From: Octopus sinensis
Taxonomy: Eukaryota
Direction: 5' to 3'
Assembly: GCF_006345805.1 (NCBI RefSeq)
Contig: NC_042999.1
Coordinates: 80,538,001-80,602,000, forward strand
DNA length: 64,000 nucleotides
Within the stretch, counting starts at the first letter, position 1. Every line of letters begins with the position of its first letter. The notes beneath the pieces are model-generated. The model saw only the letters and a program-made list of their open reading frames with translations. It was not told the DNA's origin and did no database searches. Positions 37,830-50,895 of this stretch are shown piece after piece. The position numbers and the translations under genes are program-made.

Positions 37830-39820
37830 TGGGGCACCTCCACTATCATAACCTTTTCAATGGCTATTAACATCTGGTTGGCCTTCGGTTAGTGAATGAG
37901 TTTGATGCTGCTACTCACATTTCAGTTTCTTGACATGATATAGGTTTCTTTCAGATATTCCACAGCAGTATGTCAAACTGCTTCTTGAAAATATCTATAT
38001 CCACTCTATGTAGGCCTCTCAGGATTTTCGGCAATATATTAATTAGCAGTGGGTCTTTTAGTCCCATGCCACCTGGCCCTTTTTCTAGGTGGCGGGATGG
38101 TAGGAACATTTGGAACAGTATCTCACTACTGTCTTCTGTATTTAGATCCCTATACAACGCTCCCCTCTTCGCTCCAGAGTGCACAGTCGTAATTCTTTTA
38201 GTGTCTCCCATTTACACAAATGTTTCATTGATGCATTCTTTTTGGTGTAGCCAGCTGCCTCGAGGTTCGTAATTGAATTGACATTGTGGGGAGACCACTA
38301 GTAGTGCAGATTCCTGGACATTTGTTCTGAAAGTTATCAGAATCCTCTGGCTATTGTTCTGAAAGTTATCAGAATCCATCTGGCTATTCGTCTGCACATT
38401 ACCATTATCTTAGTCCTTTGTTTATAAAAGAACGCATCATTGCACGTATCAATCCACAGAATTGTCGCTCTTTTTGTTCTAGAATATATTTAGCACAAGC
38501 TCGCTGACAGCCTATGGATTAGACTTTTTCTGCATTAAATTGTATGTTGTTTTCTTCAGTCCATTTTAATGCTATCTAGAATTCTGTAGAAGATAAGCAT
38601 CAAGAGGACTTTTGATTGTTTGTCTTACATCTATGTTGCCGGCTTATCTAGTAAGAGCGGCTGCCTGTATAACTGACGGCATATCTGAGAAGGTTATCAC
38701 AAACAGCAGCAGTCATCAGGCTGTTCCTTCAGTCATTCCCCACGCAATTGGTGTGTCCTTGGAGAGGACTGCATTGGCCGCTACAGCCTTGTTTCTGTCT
38801 TCTGAGAAGTCATGTAACCACTAACCCAGTTTTCCAACTATGCCAAGTTCTCGCGACTGTGACATACCATCCGGTTATCAACCTTATGAAAAGCCTTTGC
38901 CAAATTGAGAACATATCACATCCATGTTTAAGCAGTTCATAAGTTGATTCAAAAATAATGCTACAGAATATCTGCAAGGTAGCTTTTCCCTAAACTGACG
39001 AAATGCTGGGTGGCAGCGAGCAATTCATTACCTTCTTGGAAACTAATTAGATTCACCTTGAGTTTAGAGAGGCAGGACAATAATTTTTAGCATCTGCTTT
39101 GCTCCTTCCTTATAAGGAATCTTTACAATAGGATCTGCAGCCGTTTTGCTATGATCCCTATTGCATTGTTTTCTAGAAATCCGTCGAGGGCTGATATTGC
39201 ATCAGTTTCGTTTACCTCGATATAATCGATGTGTTTTATCCCTAGGCGTGGAGCTGTAGAAGGAAATGTCTCATTTGGCATATCTATTTGCATGTGTTCC
39301 AAAGAAAGGTTGAAAACAATTTTGTACTGGATATTCAGAATTTCATTTATCTTTTTCTTAGAACAGTGGCCCCATCTTGTACGAAATTGAAGCATATGTC
39401 TTGCAAGGATGTCAAAACACTGCACAAGGAGACAAGCGTACCATTTGTGTTCCAAGACCTTTTTCTGAATACGTTTCCAATTAGCTTTATAAAAGTTCAG
39501 GGTGAAAAGGAATCGGTGTATCTAGTAAACTTCACGTCTGTAATTTTCCTAGTACCACACATTGTTAGTTCTATTAATCTATAGTTCGAGGAAATTGAGG
39601 ATGTCAACTTAACATTATGGACGAAAGCTACAATATTTGTAACACCGAGGTCCGGAACATTTTTATACCTTGTTAGGTAGAGAATTATTTGCTCTATATA
39701 TAGAATTTTGTACCGTCAAGCGGAAACCCTGCTTGCCTCAGTTCAAGCAGGAGATAGTAACACACTTTAGAGAAGCAGTCCTCAGGGCATTCGTTATTAG
39801 GGAGGAAGAAGGCTGCTACA
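37830..39820 (-). mobile_element. Decayed CR1-like LINE (APE C-terminus, RT, 3' end)
   Basis: EQIILYLTRYKNVPDL..NYRLIEL; NEILNIQYKIVF; NYCPASL; GMTEGTA..LLFVITFSDMP; NILPKILRGLHRVDIDIFKKQFD. Confidence 0.75.
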
Positions 39821-39929
39821 AGAGGTAAGTGAAGAATGTAACCTTTAATTTTTCAGTTCAACGTTTCTCATTAAATAATATCAAAATTATAATGTATTAA
39901 ATGTATTGAGTATTTATTTAGTTTAGCGC

Positions 39930-40110
39930 AGAGTTGGCTGCGTGGTAAGAAGCTTGTTTCCCAACCAAATGGTTGGGTGTTCAATACCAATGCGTGGCAC
40001 TTTCATCAAATGTTTACTACTTTCGCCACAGATAGTTCTACTATCTGTGGCGATAGTAGTATATCAACTAAAGACCTGTGAGTAGACAGAATCATAAAGA
40101 AGCCCGTCGT
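39930..40110 (+). mobile_element. SINE group 1, 5' half carrying an acquired hairpin
   Basis: GCAGAGTTGGCTGCGTGGTAAGAAGCTTG...TGCGTGGCAC...GTGAGTAGAC...AAGAAGCCCGTCGTA. Confidence 0.7.
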
Positions 40111-40621
40111 AAATATGCTTGCGCATTTCTTAATATGTTCACTAAAGAGTATCATTCTGTATTCTGGGAATGCAATCTGTTATCGATGCAGAGTGAAAAG
40201 CAACTACTACCACAATTTATAATCTTTCCATTCTATCAATGTGCTATTGGAACACTAACACATGTTAGATTAAGCAAGGAAAAAGCAAAACCTAACCACT
40301 TGTAATATTCCATTCCTTCTAAACTGAATCCTGCTTAATTAGTCATTCTCAACATGTTTGACTATCTCCATTATACCGGAAAAAATCCCTGATTACCTTC
40401 CCCTGTCTGGAACTCCATATTTCACAACATAGCGACGACATGACACGATGTAGATAAAGAAATTTGAGAAATTTGAAAAGAAAATACGAAATCGGTTATT
40501 TCTCAAAAAAATTTGTTACTCTCGTATACGCAAAATTTTCTAACATTTTTCTAACATAACGACTTAAATATATTCTTTAACCATATAACACAAGCCTTCT
40601 GTAGTTTTTTCACTCTTTTTT

Positions 40622-40694
<73 letters not shown>

Positions 40695-40696
40695 TA

Positions 40697-40835
40697 TGAC
40701 AGGCTTGTTTCAGTTTCCGTCTACCAAATCCACTCACTAGGGTTTAGTTGGCCCAAGGCTATAGTAAAAGACACTTGCCCAAAGTGCGACTCAGCAGGAC
40801 TGCACCCGGAACCACGTTTTGGCAACGAAGCCTTT
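40697..40835 (-). mobile_element. SINE group 1, 5' half
   Basis: GACAGGCTTGTTTCAGTTTCCGTCTACCAAATCCACTCAC...GACACTTGCCCAA...CCCGGAACCAC. Confidence 0.8.
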
Positions 40836-42704
40836 TCGTAGCGCGAAACTGATCTGTCCACCGACAGAAAAGAAAAAAAGAGGCTTATGCAGCAGAATTG
40901 TTTCCTTATCCTGTTTTTTCTTTTTTTTTTCCTATCAGAGAACAGGTCACAGCGACGAAAAGTTTGACACCATATGCATAGTATTACTTGTATAATTGAA
41001 GCTGATATTTTTTACCCTTTCCGAGAGACTAACTAATATCTTCCACTCTGCAATCGCTTTAGATTCAGCACACGATCTCTGATCAAAACACCTGCTACGC
41101 AAATGCTCGTACACACACACACAAACACACACACACACACACACCACACACACACACACACACACAAACACACAGAGAAACACACACACACACAAACACA
41201 CACACACACGCACACACACGCACACACATACACAAACACATATATATATACATAAACTCACGAGTAAGATTTACATGTCAACATACGTCGTAAACTCTGT
41301 ATTGGTCGAAAGTGCAGATTTTCTTTCATATTTGTCATGGTCGTATCATTTATTTTCATTCCATACTTTCATTTATCCCTGTTGTTTCGTCTGATATTTC
41401 AACGCTTTTACACCGTTTGATATACATAATGATATTTATAAATAGGAACTTACGCTTAAATACCTGTCATGAATTTGGATGGGAAGAATATTTATATGAT
41501 TATTTATCACTAATATATAATCTAAAGAAACATATTCAGTTCTAAATCCTAACTTTGCTAGTCAAGTTATAAAATAAATTGCATTTGACATTACCATCCT
41601 GAAAGGATTTAGTCATAAATACATAATCCTTGAAAAGGAATGTAAATAATACACATAGCATTGAAATTCGAGATTAGATTGTTCTAATCCGTAAGACTAA
41701 TTGCAAATCGTACATAAAAGTTACACCCCTTGTTGATATTGTGAAGCCCACTTTTAAGGTGTTTAATGGTGATCTATAATCCTTGTCAAGCGGAGATTAA
41801 TTTCGGCTTCTTTGCTTGTGCATTTATGTAAATCTTTTTAATTAAAGTGATGTGACTGTGTATTATTCTCTTAGGGATACGATGTGTATTTGAAGAATAA
41901 TGTTGCTAACATAGATACTGCTGCATTTGTTGCATTCAATGTGATATACAATATATGATCGAAAGCAATTTTCAGCGCAGTACTCGTAGTGAATCGTAAG
42001 CGCCCACTTATTCAACTGATATTTTCTCAGATCAGAAGGTAAAATTAAGTTATTTTATGCAAGTCAATTAATATTGTGAGTATTTGAAAAATATTAGACT
42101 ATTTTCAAATTTAACGAATATGGACCACTTCGATTTTACTCCCTCCTCCATCATCGTTGCATTTGCTTTGTCTATGACCAATTGCACAGCAAATGTAGAA
42201 GACACCGAGACCAGCTGTCAAGGTTCACGTTTAAGGATGCAATATTTATATGTAGTTATATTGCAGAAGATTCATATAGGTGAGAAGTATTGACTAGCAA
42301 GTCATACGACACTTTCGCTTTTGTTATATCTTGGTTTAAGTAGACACCAATATAAGAGAATTTTCTTAGTCGTCCCAATTGCTGAACGTATCCCTTATAT
42401 TCCCATTATATCAAACCTTGATTGGATAATGTATTATTAACTGTACTTTGTTTCTTCCTTAATGGGCCATATGTCTGATAAAACACAGCTTAATGAAAGG
42501 TGTTCTCTGAAATCTCATATAAACTGTGATATCTGTTCAACAAAATAAATTAGTTATTTTATAGAATCTAAGCTTTAGTTAAGTTGCCTAACATTAATAG
42601 AGAACGTATGAGGTAAATAACATTCTTATGGATTTCATTTTAAATACACTTAAAACAAGCAATTCCTGTTTGAATGCTTCTTGATGTAATATTGGAATGC
42701 ACTG

Positions 42705-42968
42705 AAGGCAGCGCGAGCTGGCAGAAACGTTAGCACGCCGGGGGATATACATAGTATTTCGTCTGTCTCACGTTCTGAGTTTAAATTCCGCCGAGGTCGA
42801 CTTTGCCTTTCATCTTTTCCCGATCAATAAATTAAGTACCAGTTGCATACTGATACCTGAACAGAAATGCACCAGGAGCACTTTGTCTACGACCAATCTC
42901 AACTGGTCTAATCGACTGGCCCCTCCTTCTAAAATTTTAAGCGTTGTGACTAACATAGAAAAGAATAC
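42705..42968 (+). mobile_element. SINE group 3 with a 12-bp target-site duplication
   Basis: GGCAGCGCGAGCTGGCAGAAACGTTAGCACGCCGG...GAGTTTAAATTCCGCCGAGGTCGACTTTGCC. TGGAATGCACTG is present at 42693-42704 and 42969-42980. Confidence 0.85.
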
Positions 42969-43079
42969 TGGAATGCACTGGTGTGGGGTTTGTTTTATGA
43001 CATAAGGCTACATCTTTTCTCTTAGGCTGATTGGCGGTTAGTATTTTCCATGTGATTTTCAAATAATGAGGTTGTTGTT

Positions 43080-43370
43080 TGATCCTTTCCGAGCCATGTC
43101 TGACTCAAAAGGGCCGGTTTCCCGGTCACTTTGGTATATACGTTCCCCACCTGGACGGGACACCGATCTGTCACAGGTGAGCTGTTAGATGCAGGAGGAA
43201 AAAGTAAAAGAAACTTGTGGCGAAAGAGTCATCTAATGTTCGCCATTATCTTCTGCCTGAGTCACCTGGAGCTTAGACGTTTCACTCATAAACACACACA
43301 TCACCCAGTTTGAGATTCGAACTCGTGATCCCTCGGCAGCGAGTCCGCTGCTCTAAACACTAGGCCATGT
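43080..43370 (-). mobile_element. tRNA-derived SINE with a group-2-like head and a different body
   Basis: Reverse-complement head GGAGGCACATGGCCTAGTGTTTAGAGCAGCGGACTCG...GAGTTCGAATCTC. The body contains the CCTGGACGGGACACCGATCTGTCACAGG motif on the plus strand. Confidence 0.7.
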
Positions 43371-44296
43371 GCCTCCAAAAATAATGATGTAAGGAGCAGA
43401 AATGTCATAGTCATTTCATAGGTTTCCCCACTTTGTGATTCGTATTGGATTGCTTGTTTTCTTGTAAAGTCGAATACCCATATCAATACGTTGCCTTCAA
43501 TCCAAGAATGTGCAACTTGTAAAAATGACATAACACTCAAATAAATACCTGTATTCACGTTAAAGATATGAATTCAAACAGTCACACACATTTCCTGATG
43601 AACATGGGAATTTGCTGCAAATTATTTGTCGTGCAGAGTACAAAATTACATTAGAATGATTCCAATATTGAAAATTTAGACGTTATCTCCCAGTGTGACC
43701 AAACATTGATTCCATCCTCATACACATATAAATCCTATTCGTTTCCCTGGTATCATAGCTTTTTTGAATTTACTGTATTTAGGAAGGGAGTGTGAGGCAA
43801 TACATGTTTCTCTTGCCATGCAATGTCAGATGTTTATTAAAAATTCTCCTTCACAACGTTCATCCTACAGTTTAACTACGGAGTGAAATTACTGGACACT
43901 ACTCTGTAGTATAAAAGAATACTGAAAGATCGTAGCTAGAATGTTTCTCATTGCAGGCTTCTTCTATCAAATTTGAGGGTCCCTTAATAACAATGAACAA
44001 TGGCAACAACAAGGTAAATAGGCTATGCTCAATGAAAATGTTACTAATGGATTCGAAAAATGTTTCTAAGCTTCTCAGATAATAATTTATTACAATTAAG
44101 TTTCAGAGATTTAATGACTTCTTTTGCATTTCTTATAAAGCCTTTCCATATCACAGAAGTCTTTACTTGTATACTGATAGCATAACATAGATTACCTAAG
44201 AGAATGTTAAAACACTTTCGTCTATTTTAGTACAATAAATCATAGATTTAGTCATCCTGAAATTTAACTGCATAATTTAATTGTTGATTGTCATAC

Positions 44297-44395
44297 CTAA
44301 CACGGAAACCTTTGACTTTGTTCATTTTGTGGTAGATAAAATAAGTATCATTTAAATCCTGGAAACCATTCAAAGGTCCACCCAATACATCATTT
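44297..44395 (-). CDS. Candidate internal coding exon of an unidentified host gene (99 nt, phase 2-2)
   Basis: A long polypyrimidine tract (ctttctttctctttttcgctttag) and donor TTAG|gtatga. Only one frame is open: NDVLGGPLNGFQDLNDTYFIYHKMNKVKGFRV. No TE motif recognised. Confidence 0.55.
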
Positions 44396-46759
44396 CTAAA
44401 GCGAAAAAGAGAAAGAAAGAAAACAAAAAAGAAAGCATGCAAAACAAAATATGTGAGTTGCTAAAGTTAGATATAGTTACTGTCTTGTTTGTTTTGTAAT
44501 AAGAGTTTAGTTCTCCTTAAGATTAATCTTTGTGTCGCTTCCAATAATAATTTTAGCAAATTTGACATATTTAAGTGCTTAAACTTATTGCAAATAGCAT
44601 AAAATTTGTACACGTATAAATTTACTTCTTTTTCACGGCAGTGTATTACAAGCAAAAATTTAATGTTTGTTTTGATCGTTTAAGGAATGATCGATCAAGA
44701 CACCCATGGAAATCACTCGACGTTTTAGAAATACCAGTCATATGAAGCGCATATAATATTATGTCGTCTTTAGCAAGTACACTTTCGAGGAATGAAGTCG
44801 TAGATATCTTTAAAAGATAAGCCTTTGACTGTCATAAGTCTTTCCTTGTATGTATACTAGATCCGATTTGACCTGGGTCTTAAACAGAAGTGAAAGAAAT
44901 GAGTTTGAACACTATCTTGAGGTTATTTCTTAACTTTAAGCCCTTAAGAACTGGGAAGAGATATTCTACACTCCTTGAAACGTTAACAAGATCAAGAATT
45001 TCAACATATACATCTTCTTTGGAGAACTCAAGTCTGTATTGTAAATTTCCTGCTAAATAGAATGCCGGAAAATGAAGCGAAATCAAATCATGATTCTTGA
45101 AATGGTAACATAATATTATCCAAACTTAACCGATTGTTCTTTTATATAATGACACACGGCATTGAGGAGGAAACTTTAAACCGATACGGTACCCGTATAT
45201 TTCTGATACATGATGCTTCTTGTTATATGAATGGCAAGAGTAAACTTGACTTAAAAGCCGAGACATCTACCGGACTTTTACTTATATCAGTATCGATATA
45301 TACATATATGATTCAATAAACACAGAGAGAGTCAAGTATAATGGTAGATTTAAGTAAATAGCTACGTATATAATTCGAAAGTTAGAGGCAGACACACTGA
45401 CGGAAAGATAGATAGATAAGTGTAAAGCTATATTCACACCAGTGATTAGTTGTCATGAACGTGAGTTACTAGACCACTTAATAAATTGGCTGTTGTATGT
45501 GCACAAGTGTCTATTTCTGACTAGGTGGAGGTGGATGAGACAGAGATCATAATCTAAAGTCATTTAAACTTCGATAGGCAACGAATTCAATTAGTATTAA
45601 ATTAATCCCCTACATTAGATCATCTGGCGAGTATCAAATTATCAAGTTCTGATGAGGAATTAGAAAAAATGCAGTGTTAGATAACGTTCTAATTAGGTTA
45701 ACAACGAACCTAAAATTATCTTTATCAACCTCGTGGCTATATCAGTGCTAATATCTTGATCCTAAGAAAGCAATAATTTGTATGGTAGATATATTTTCTC
45801 GGGTTCGGTATGGTCGTAAAATTAAGTAGATGGCAACTTTACACTTATCCGCAAAGATTGCTTTTGAAAGTAGTCTTTAAATTCTAACTCACACTATTTT
45901 ATAATTTGTATAATGAACACATATACAAGTCGTCCAAGAACTGGACACAATTTATCGATTACCGTTTACAATCGTCGTATCGGAAACATTATCCAGCCTC
46001 CTAAAATGTTACTGCCTCAAGATGTTCATAACTTTGATAGAGAGTTGGAGAAAATACAGTTAATAATTTCGATTTCATTGAATCTTTAATATTTCTTTTG
46101 ACAGGTGGTGTTTGAAAGCCGTACAACGAAAAGTATGAGGCCAAGAATTTGAGAAAGAAATGCAATTTCAATCCCAGTTGGTTATTAATTTAGTTTTATT
46201 TGAAAATATTTTAGTAAAGAGATCAAAATCATAAATTTTAATTTGTCTCGAAAAGAAGGATCTTGATAGCCTAAACGAAGCCAATAATTATTCGGAAATT
46301 AACTAAGAAAGATACAATTTCTCACAAAACTAAAACACGACAGAATTTCCACACTCGATTGAAGTCAATAGCTACTTCATTTACAGAAAAAGAAGACATA
46401 AAACGATTTGCGTGTGTGTTATGAATCGTCTTCAGAAAATACAGACTTCACTAAAATCACTATGGCGCTTACTATTTAAATACATACTTCGACACTGTAA
46501 ACACTGATATAGCAATATTAATTAAACTTTCGGCTATAAAAGGAATAACTTTATTCTCAAGCTAAAATGAGAATGTTATTTCAGTTTCGTATTTTCTCAG
46601 AATTACTAATTTAATTCGGAAACTTGTATAAAAACATGTGATTTATTTAATATTAATAGCTTACACATACATAATGAAAGCAATATAATTTCTTCTCATG
46701 TTTCTATTCAGCATTTCATTGTTTGTGTAATGAAGTACATAAAACAACCGCCTCGCTAT

Positions 46760-47185
46760 ATATTCATTTTCATTTCAAAATGATTCTGTAAACTATGAAA
46801 CAAATGGTAGTCTGAAGTAGCAAGGTCGAGAGAATACGGTGGATGAGGAATTTTTTCCCAGTCAAGCTCTTCGGTCTTCTATGATGTGGTCTTTGTAGTG
46901 AGGGCTCGCGCATTTTCCTGATGAAACATCACTCCTTTTCGATTCACTAAAGCGGGTCTTTTTTACTTCAAAGCTTGGTTCAAACGCTCTAATTGCTGAC
47001 AGTAGACTTGAGAATTGATTATTGCATTAGGTGGTAACAATTCAAAGTGAGTTACTCCTTTGCACTCCCATCAGATTGAGCGAAGTATCTTTTTCCCATG
47101 AAATTCCCTCCTTGGTTGTGCTTGAGCTTTTTCCTTTTTACCAAGCCACTGTTTACGACGACTAACATATCAAACCATATCATAC
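46760..47185 (-). mobile_element. Decayed mariner transposase catalytic domain
   Basis: WECKGVTHFELLPPN..INSQVYCQQL..RPALVNRKGVMFHQENAR..PHPPYSLDLATSDYHLF. Confidence 0.9.
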
Positions 47186-47519
47186 CATACTATATGTGGA
47201 ATAGGAAAATTTACCAGTGACACGGATTTTAATATGGAAATAATCTGATGAAATAATGTCCAATGAAATAAATAAATTAATACAATTCCCGATGGAATGT
47301 AGCGAACATAAGCCCATATATTTTGATATCTGACCAAAAGGATGCCTACAACCTAATAAAGACAAACATAGCATAAATCTACGAACTCAAAAGAATATGT
47401 ACATTTCAGTTTGTACCATTGGAGACATCCACGTCAGACCTCCTTAATAATCCATTCAATCCGATCAGCACAATTGTATCTGATAAAATATCTGTGCCAT
47501 ACTATTTGAAGCGCTTAAG

Positions 47520-48110
47520 AAATCATCCATCGACATTAGTTTCCTAGATGCCTTAGTAGGTAATGAAATACAACTAATCGTAAAAATAAAATACTGATAC
47601 AGTATTCTCAGTATCGGAAAACATAATTATAGACTTGAATGATTTATCATATATCTGTATTGACATTCTTAGAATCATGGTCTCTTTGACATTATATTTC
47701 AAAACAAAACAACGCCCTAATAGGACAGAGTAAATCATATTTGCAGACGCATAGCATTATAAAAAACCGAAACATGACCAAAGCAAATAAGATTATTCCG
47801 AAAAGCCAAACCAAACACATTGAAAACCATAGCAGAAAATTTGAACAATCTACGTTTGGTTTATATTTAAATTCCTCAAAACGGTCGGGAATCCTATTTA
47901 AAAGCGGTCTAGTTTGTACAATAAAGAACACGTATATGTGCATCTGGAATCTAATTTATGCAAATACATGCTCAGTAATTTGAAAAAAGCCATGTTGAGC
48001 AAACCGGGATATCATTAAGACAACTCATGGCTCTACGCAGACTACAAAATTGAACATGATGAGATCTTACCACTGCATAAATTTGCTGATGGCAGAGCAT
48101 GGCTGCAAAG
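47520..48110 (+). mobile_element. Decayed Penelope-like RT/GIY-YIG fragment
   Basis: DISFLDAL; CIWNLIYANTCS..HVEQTGISLRQLM (compare C.S.NLIY...C..C..YIGQTG.SLR). Confidence 0.55.
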
Positions 48111-48367
48111 TACCAGAAAAGAAACCACATTTATGGTGTAATACAAAATACTCTCAACAACTACGAGAAGCACTATATTATCAATACTGCCTCTACTACC
48201 AATGCTGCTAGCATTTCTAGTAGTCTAATATTGCCACGGCGACTACCACCAATCTGTTATAGAATGAACTGACTGGTCTTTCTAAACACACAGACGCTAC
48301 CATTTCAATCACTTCAGTTGTTCCTTTTATTACTGCTACTATTAATATGGCTGGAACGGCTATAACA

Positions 48368-48457
48368 CATTCTTCTTCTTCTTCTTCTTCTTCTTCTTCT
48401 TCTTCTTTTCTTCTTCTTCTTCTTCTTCTTCTTCTTCTTCTCCTCCTCCTCCTCCTC

Positions 48458-48488
<31 letters not shown>
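48368..48488. repeat. (CTT)n(CCT)n(CTA)n trinucleotide array
   Basis: Directly visible. Confidence 0.95.
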
Positions 48489-49025
48489 AATTCCCACTGA
48501 TAATACTGCCACCAACATTATATAAATTCTCCCATTATTTCCAAACGCTGCATTATTAAAAGGGACTACCACTGCTTCTCCTAAGACTGTAGCCACCACT
48601 ATATGAATTTGGTAAAAGACCATATAAGCTTTAACAGTGTTATCCGAAACATCAATTTAATTCAGCGCTTTCTCTACTTTTTGTTTTTCTGTCAGCTTAA
48701 GCATTTTTCTGTCCAGCGATAATCATATCGATATCTTCATTTCTTTTGTTCGATAATGTTCTGGAAATATTTTACCAGTTCTGGAAACACACATACGCAT
48801 GCACACGCGCGCGCGCACCCCCACAAAGTCTCTCTCTCTCTCTCTTTCACGCATATTTATAAACACACACTTGAATATATACTTACAGCAGTGAACGTTC
48901 TTCTGTACGAATGATCTTACTAGGATACATATCGATTCAGTCTCTTCTGGGATTTCAAACGCACAAACGTATTTATGGATGTATATACATGCATACAAAC
49001 ATATATTTCCATGTGAGTGTGTGTG

Positions 49026-49096
<71 letters not shown>

Positions 49097-49119
49097 CTTT
49101 TATATTTTACTTGTTTCAC

Positions 49120-49300
49120 TTATTGGACTGAAACATGGTGAGACACCACATTGAAGAATTTTAGTGAAACAAATTGAGCTCAATACTTACCTTTATTTTA
49201 CCTCCAGGGCATATTTTATCGGCGTCTTATGCTCAAGTGCTAGATTACGGCAAAATAAACACTCCTGCACAGCTTTGGATTCGCTAGGCAAAGGCTAGGA
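49120..49300 (-). mobile_element. SINE group 1, degenerate 3' fragment
   Basis: TTTTACTTGTTTCA...ACTGAAACATGGTGAGACACCAC...TTTTAGT...ATACTTA resembles the reversed group-1 tail. Confidence 0.5.
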
Positions 49301-49605
49301 TCACAAATATACATACATACGTGCATATATACATACATACTCACGTACGAATGTATGCATGTATATAAAAATAATTGCATTGTAATAATTTAAGCACTAT
49401 CGGTCGCAAATACATATTGTGTGCGTTTTATTTGTTAACATATCATTTTGCTGAGAGATAGCATCTTGTGAAAGCTCTATACACGAAGCTGATTGCTGAA
49501 GGAGTGATAATACACGTACATATACGTACATACGTATATAATACATACACACGCACACGCACACACATGCAAACATATATTATGTATAAAAATACAAAAT
49601 ACATC

Positions 49606-50010
49606 GCAGGAGTAGCTGTGTAGAAAGTAGCTTGCTTACCACCCACATGGTTCCGTGTTCATTCCCACTGCGCGGCACCTTGGGCAAGTGTCTTCTACTA
49701 TAGCCTCGGGCCGACCAAAGTCTTGTGAGTGGATTTGGTAGACGGAAACTGAAAGAACACGTCGTATATATGCATATATATGTATGCGTGTGTATATGTT
49801 TGTGTTCTGTGTTTGTCTCTGCCCCCTCAACATCGCTTGACAACCGATGCTGGTGTGTTTACATCCCCGTAACTTAGCAGTTCGGCAAAAGAGACCGATA
49901 GAATAAGTACTAGGCTTCCAAACAATAAGTCCTGGGATCAATTTGCTCGACTAAAGGCGGTGCTGCAGCATGGCCGCAGTCAAATGACTGAAGCAAATGA
50001 AAGAGTAAAG
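49606..50010 (+). mobile_element. Full-length SINE, group 1
   Basis: Same head, core and tail as 21875-22276. Its 3' end directly abuts the Tc1 relic. Confidence 0.9.
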
Positions 50011-50011
50011 G

Positions 50012-50895
50012 GTGTACCTGAATGTGCCCAAGCAAGACTCCGGAAGAAATGCAAAACTCTCAGATAGGGACCGTCGGACTCTTATGCAAATTGTTAGAAA
50101 GGATCACGAAAGTACTGCATCCAAAATTACTGCAGAGCTTAATGAACACCCCGTGAACCCAGTTTCCATAAAAAATGTTCACCAGGAGCTGCACAAAGCC
50201 AGACTTCACGGGAGGGCTGCTATCAGAAAATCTCTACTTTCACAAACAAATGTTACAAAGCGTTTAGAGTGGAGTAAAAGCCTACAGATTTGGTCCCTAG
50301 AGCAGTGGAATTATATTATTTTCTCGGATGAGTCATCCTTTACATTATTTCCAACCACCTGCCCAGTATACGGCTGGAGACAGCTAAAAGAACCTTTTGA
50401 CCCAGACTGCCTTTCTTCCAGCTGTTAAAAATGGAGGGGGATCTCTGATGATCTGGGGAGCTACATCTTGGAAATCCGCCGGCCCAATGGTTTACCATAG
50501 CAGAATTAATAGTGAAGACTATTTAAGCATTTTATCTGATAAAAACTCATCCTATTGTTGCGGAACTGTTTCCGGAGGGAAAGGTATCCTTTCAGAATGC
50601 TAATGCACCAATTCACACAACTAAAGTTGTTAGTGAATGACACAAGGAACATTCTAGTGAAGATGAACATCTTATCTGACTACTATAGTCGCTAGATCTC
50701 ATTATTATTGAACATTTATGGTGCATTTTATAAAAACAGTTAAGGATTGGATATCCTCCACCATCATCACTTCAAGAATTGGAGACTGTTTTAGCTGCAG
50801 AATGGACAGAAATTCCTTTGGAAACAATTCAAACTTTGTACGAGTCCATAGCTCGCAGAATTCAAGGTGTAATTACTGCCAAAGGCGGTCCTACG
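50012..50895 (+). mobile_element. Decayed Tc1 transposase, 5' truncated
   Basis: SGRNAKLSDRDRR..GRAAIRKSLL..IIFSDESSF..GGGSLMIWG..FQNANAPIHT..IEHLW..AKGGPT, with frameshifts. Confidence 0.9.

Noticed and set aside
41454-41521. 68-nt minus-strand exon YILVINNHINILPIQIHDRYLS
   Set aside because: Weak acceptor, very AT-rich composition, and its phase (1 in) does not follow the 99-nt exon (2 out).
44880-45086. Protein-like ORF GNLQYRLEFSKEDVYVEILDL... after a plausible acceptor
   Set aside because: No credible donor, no recognised family, and the length is within the chance range seen across this window.
45134-45319. Caspase-like IMTHG motif
   Set aside because: No QACRG motif or splice support; a chance match.
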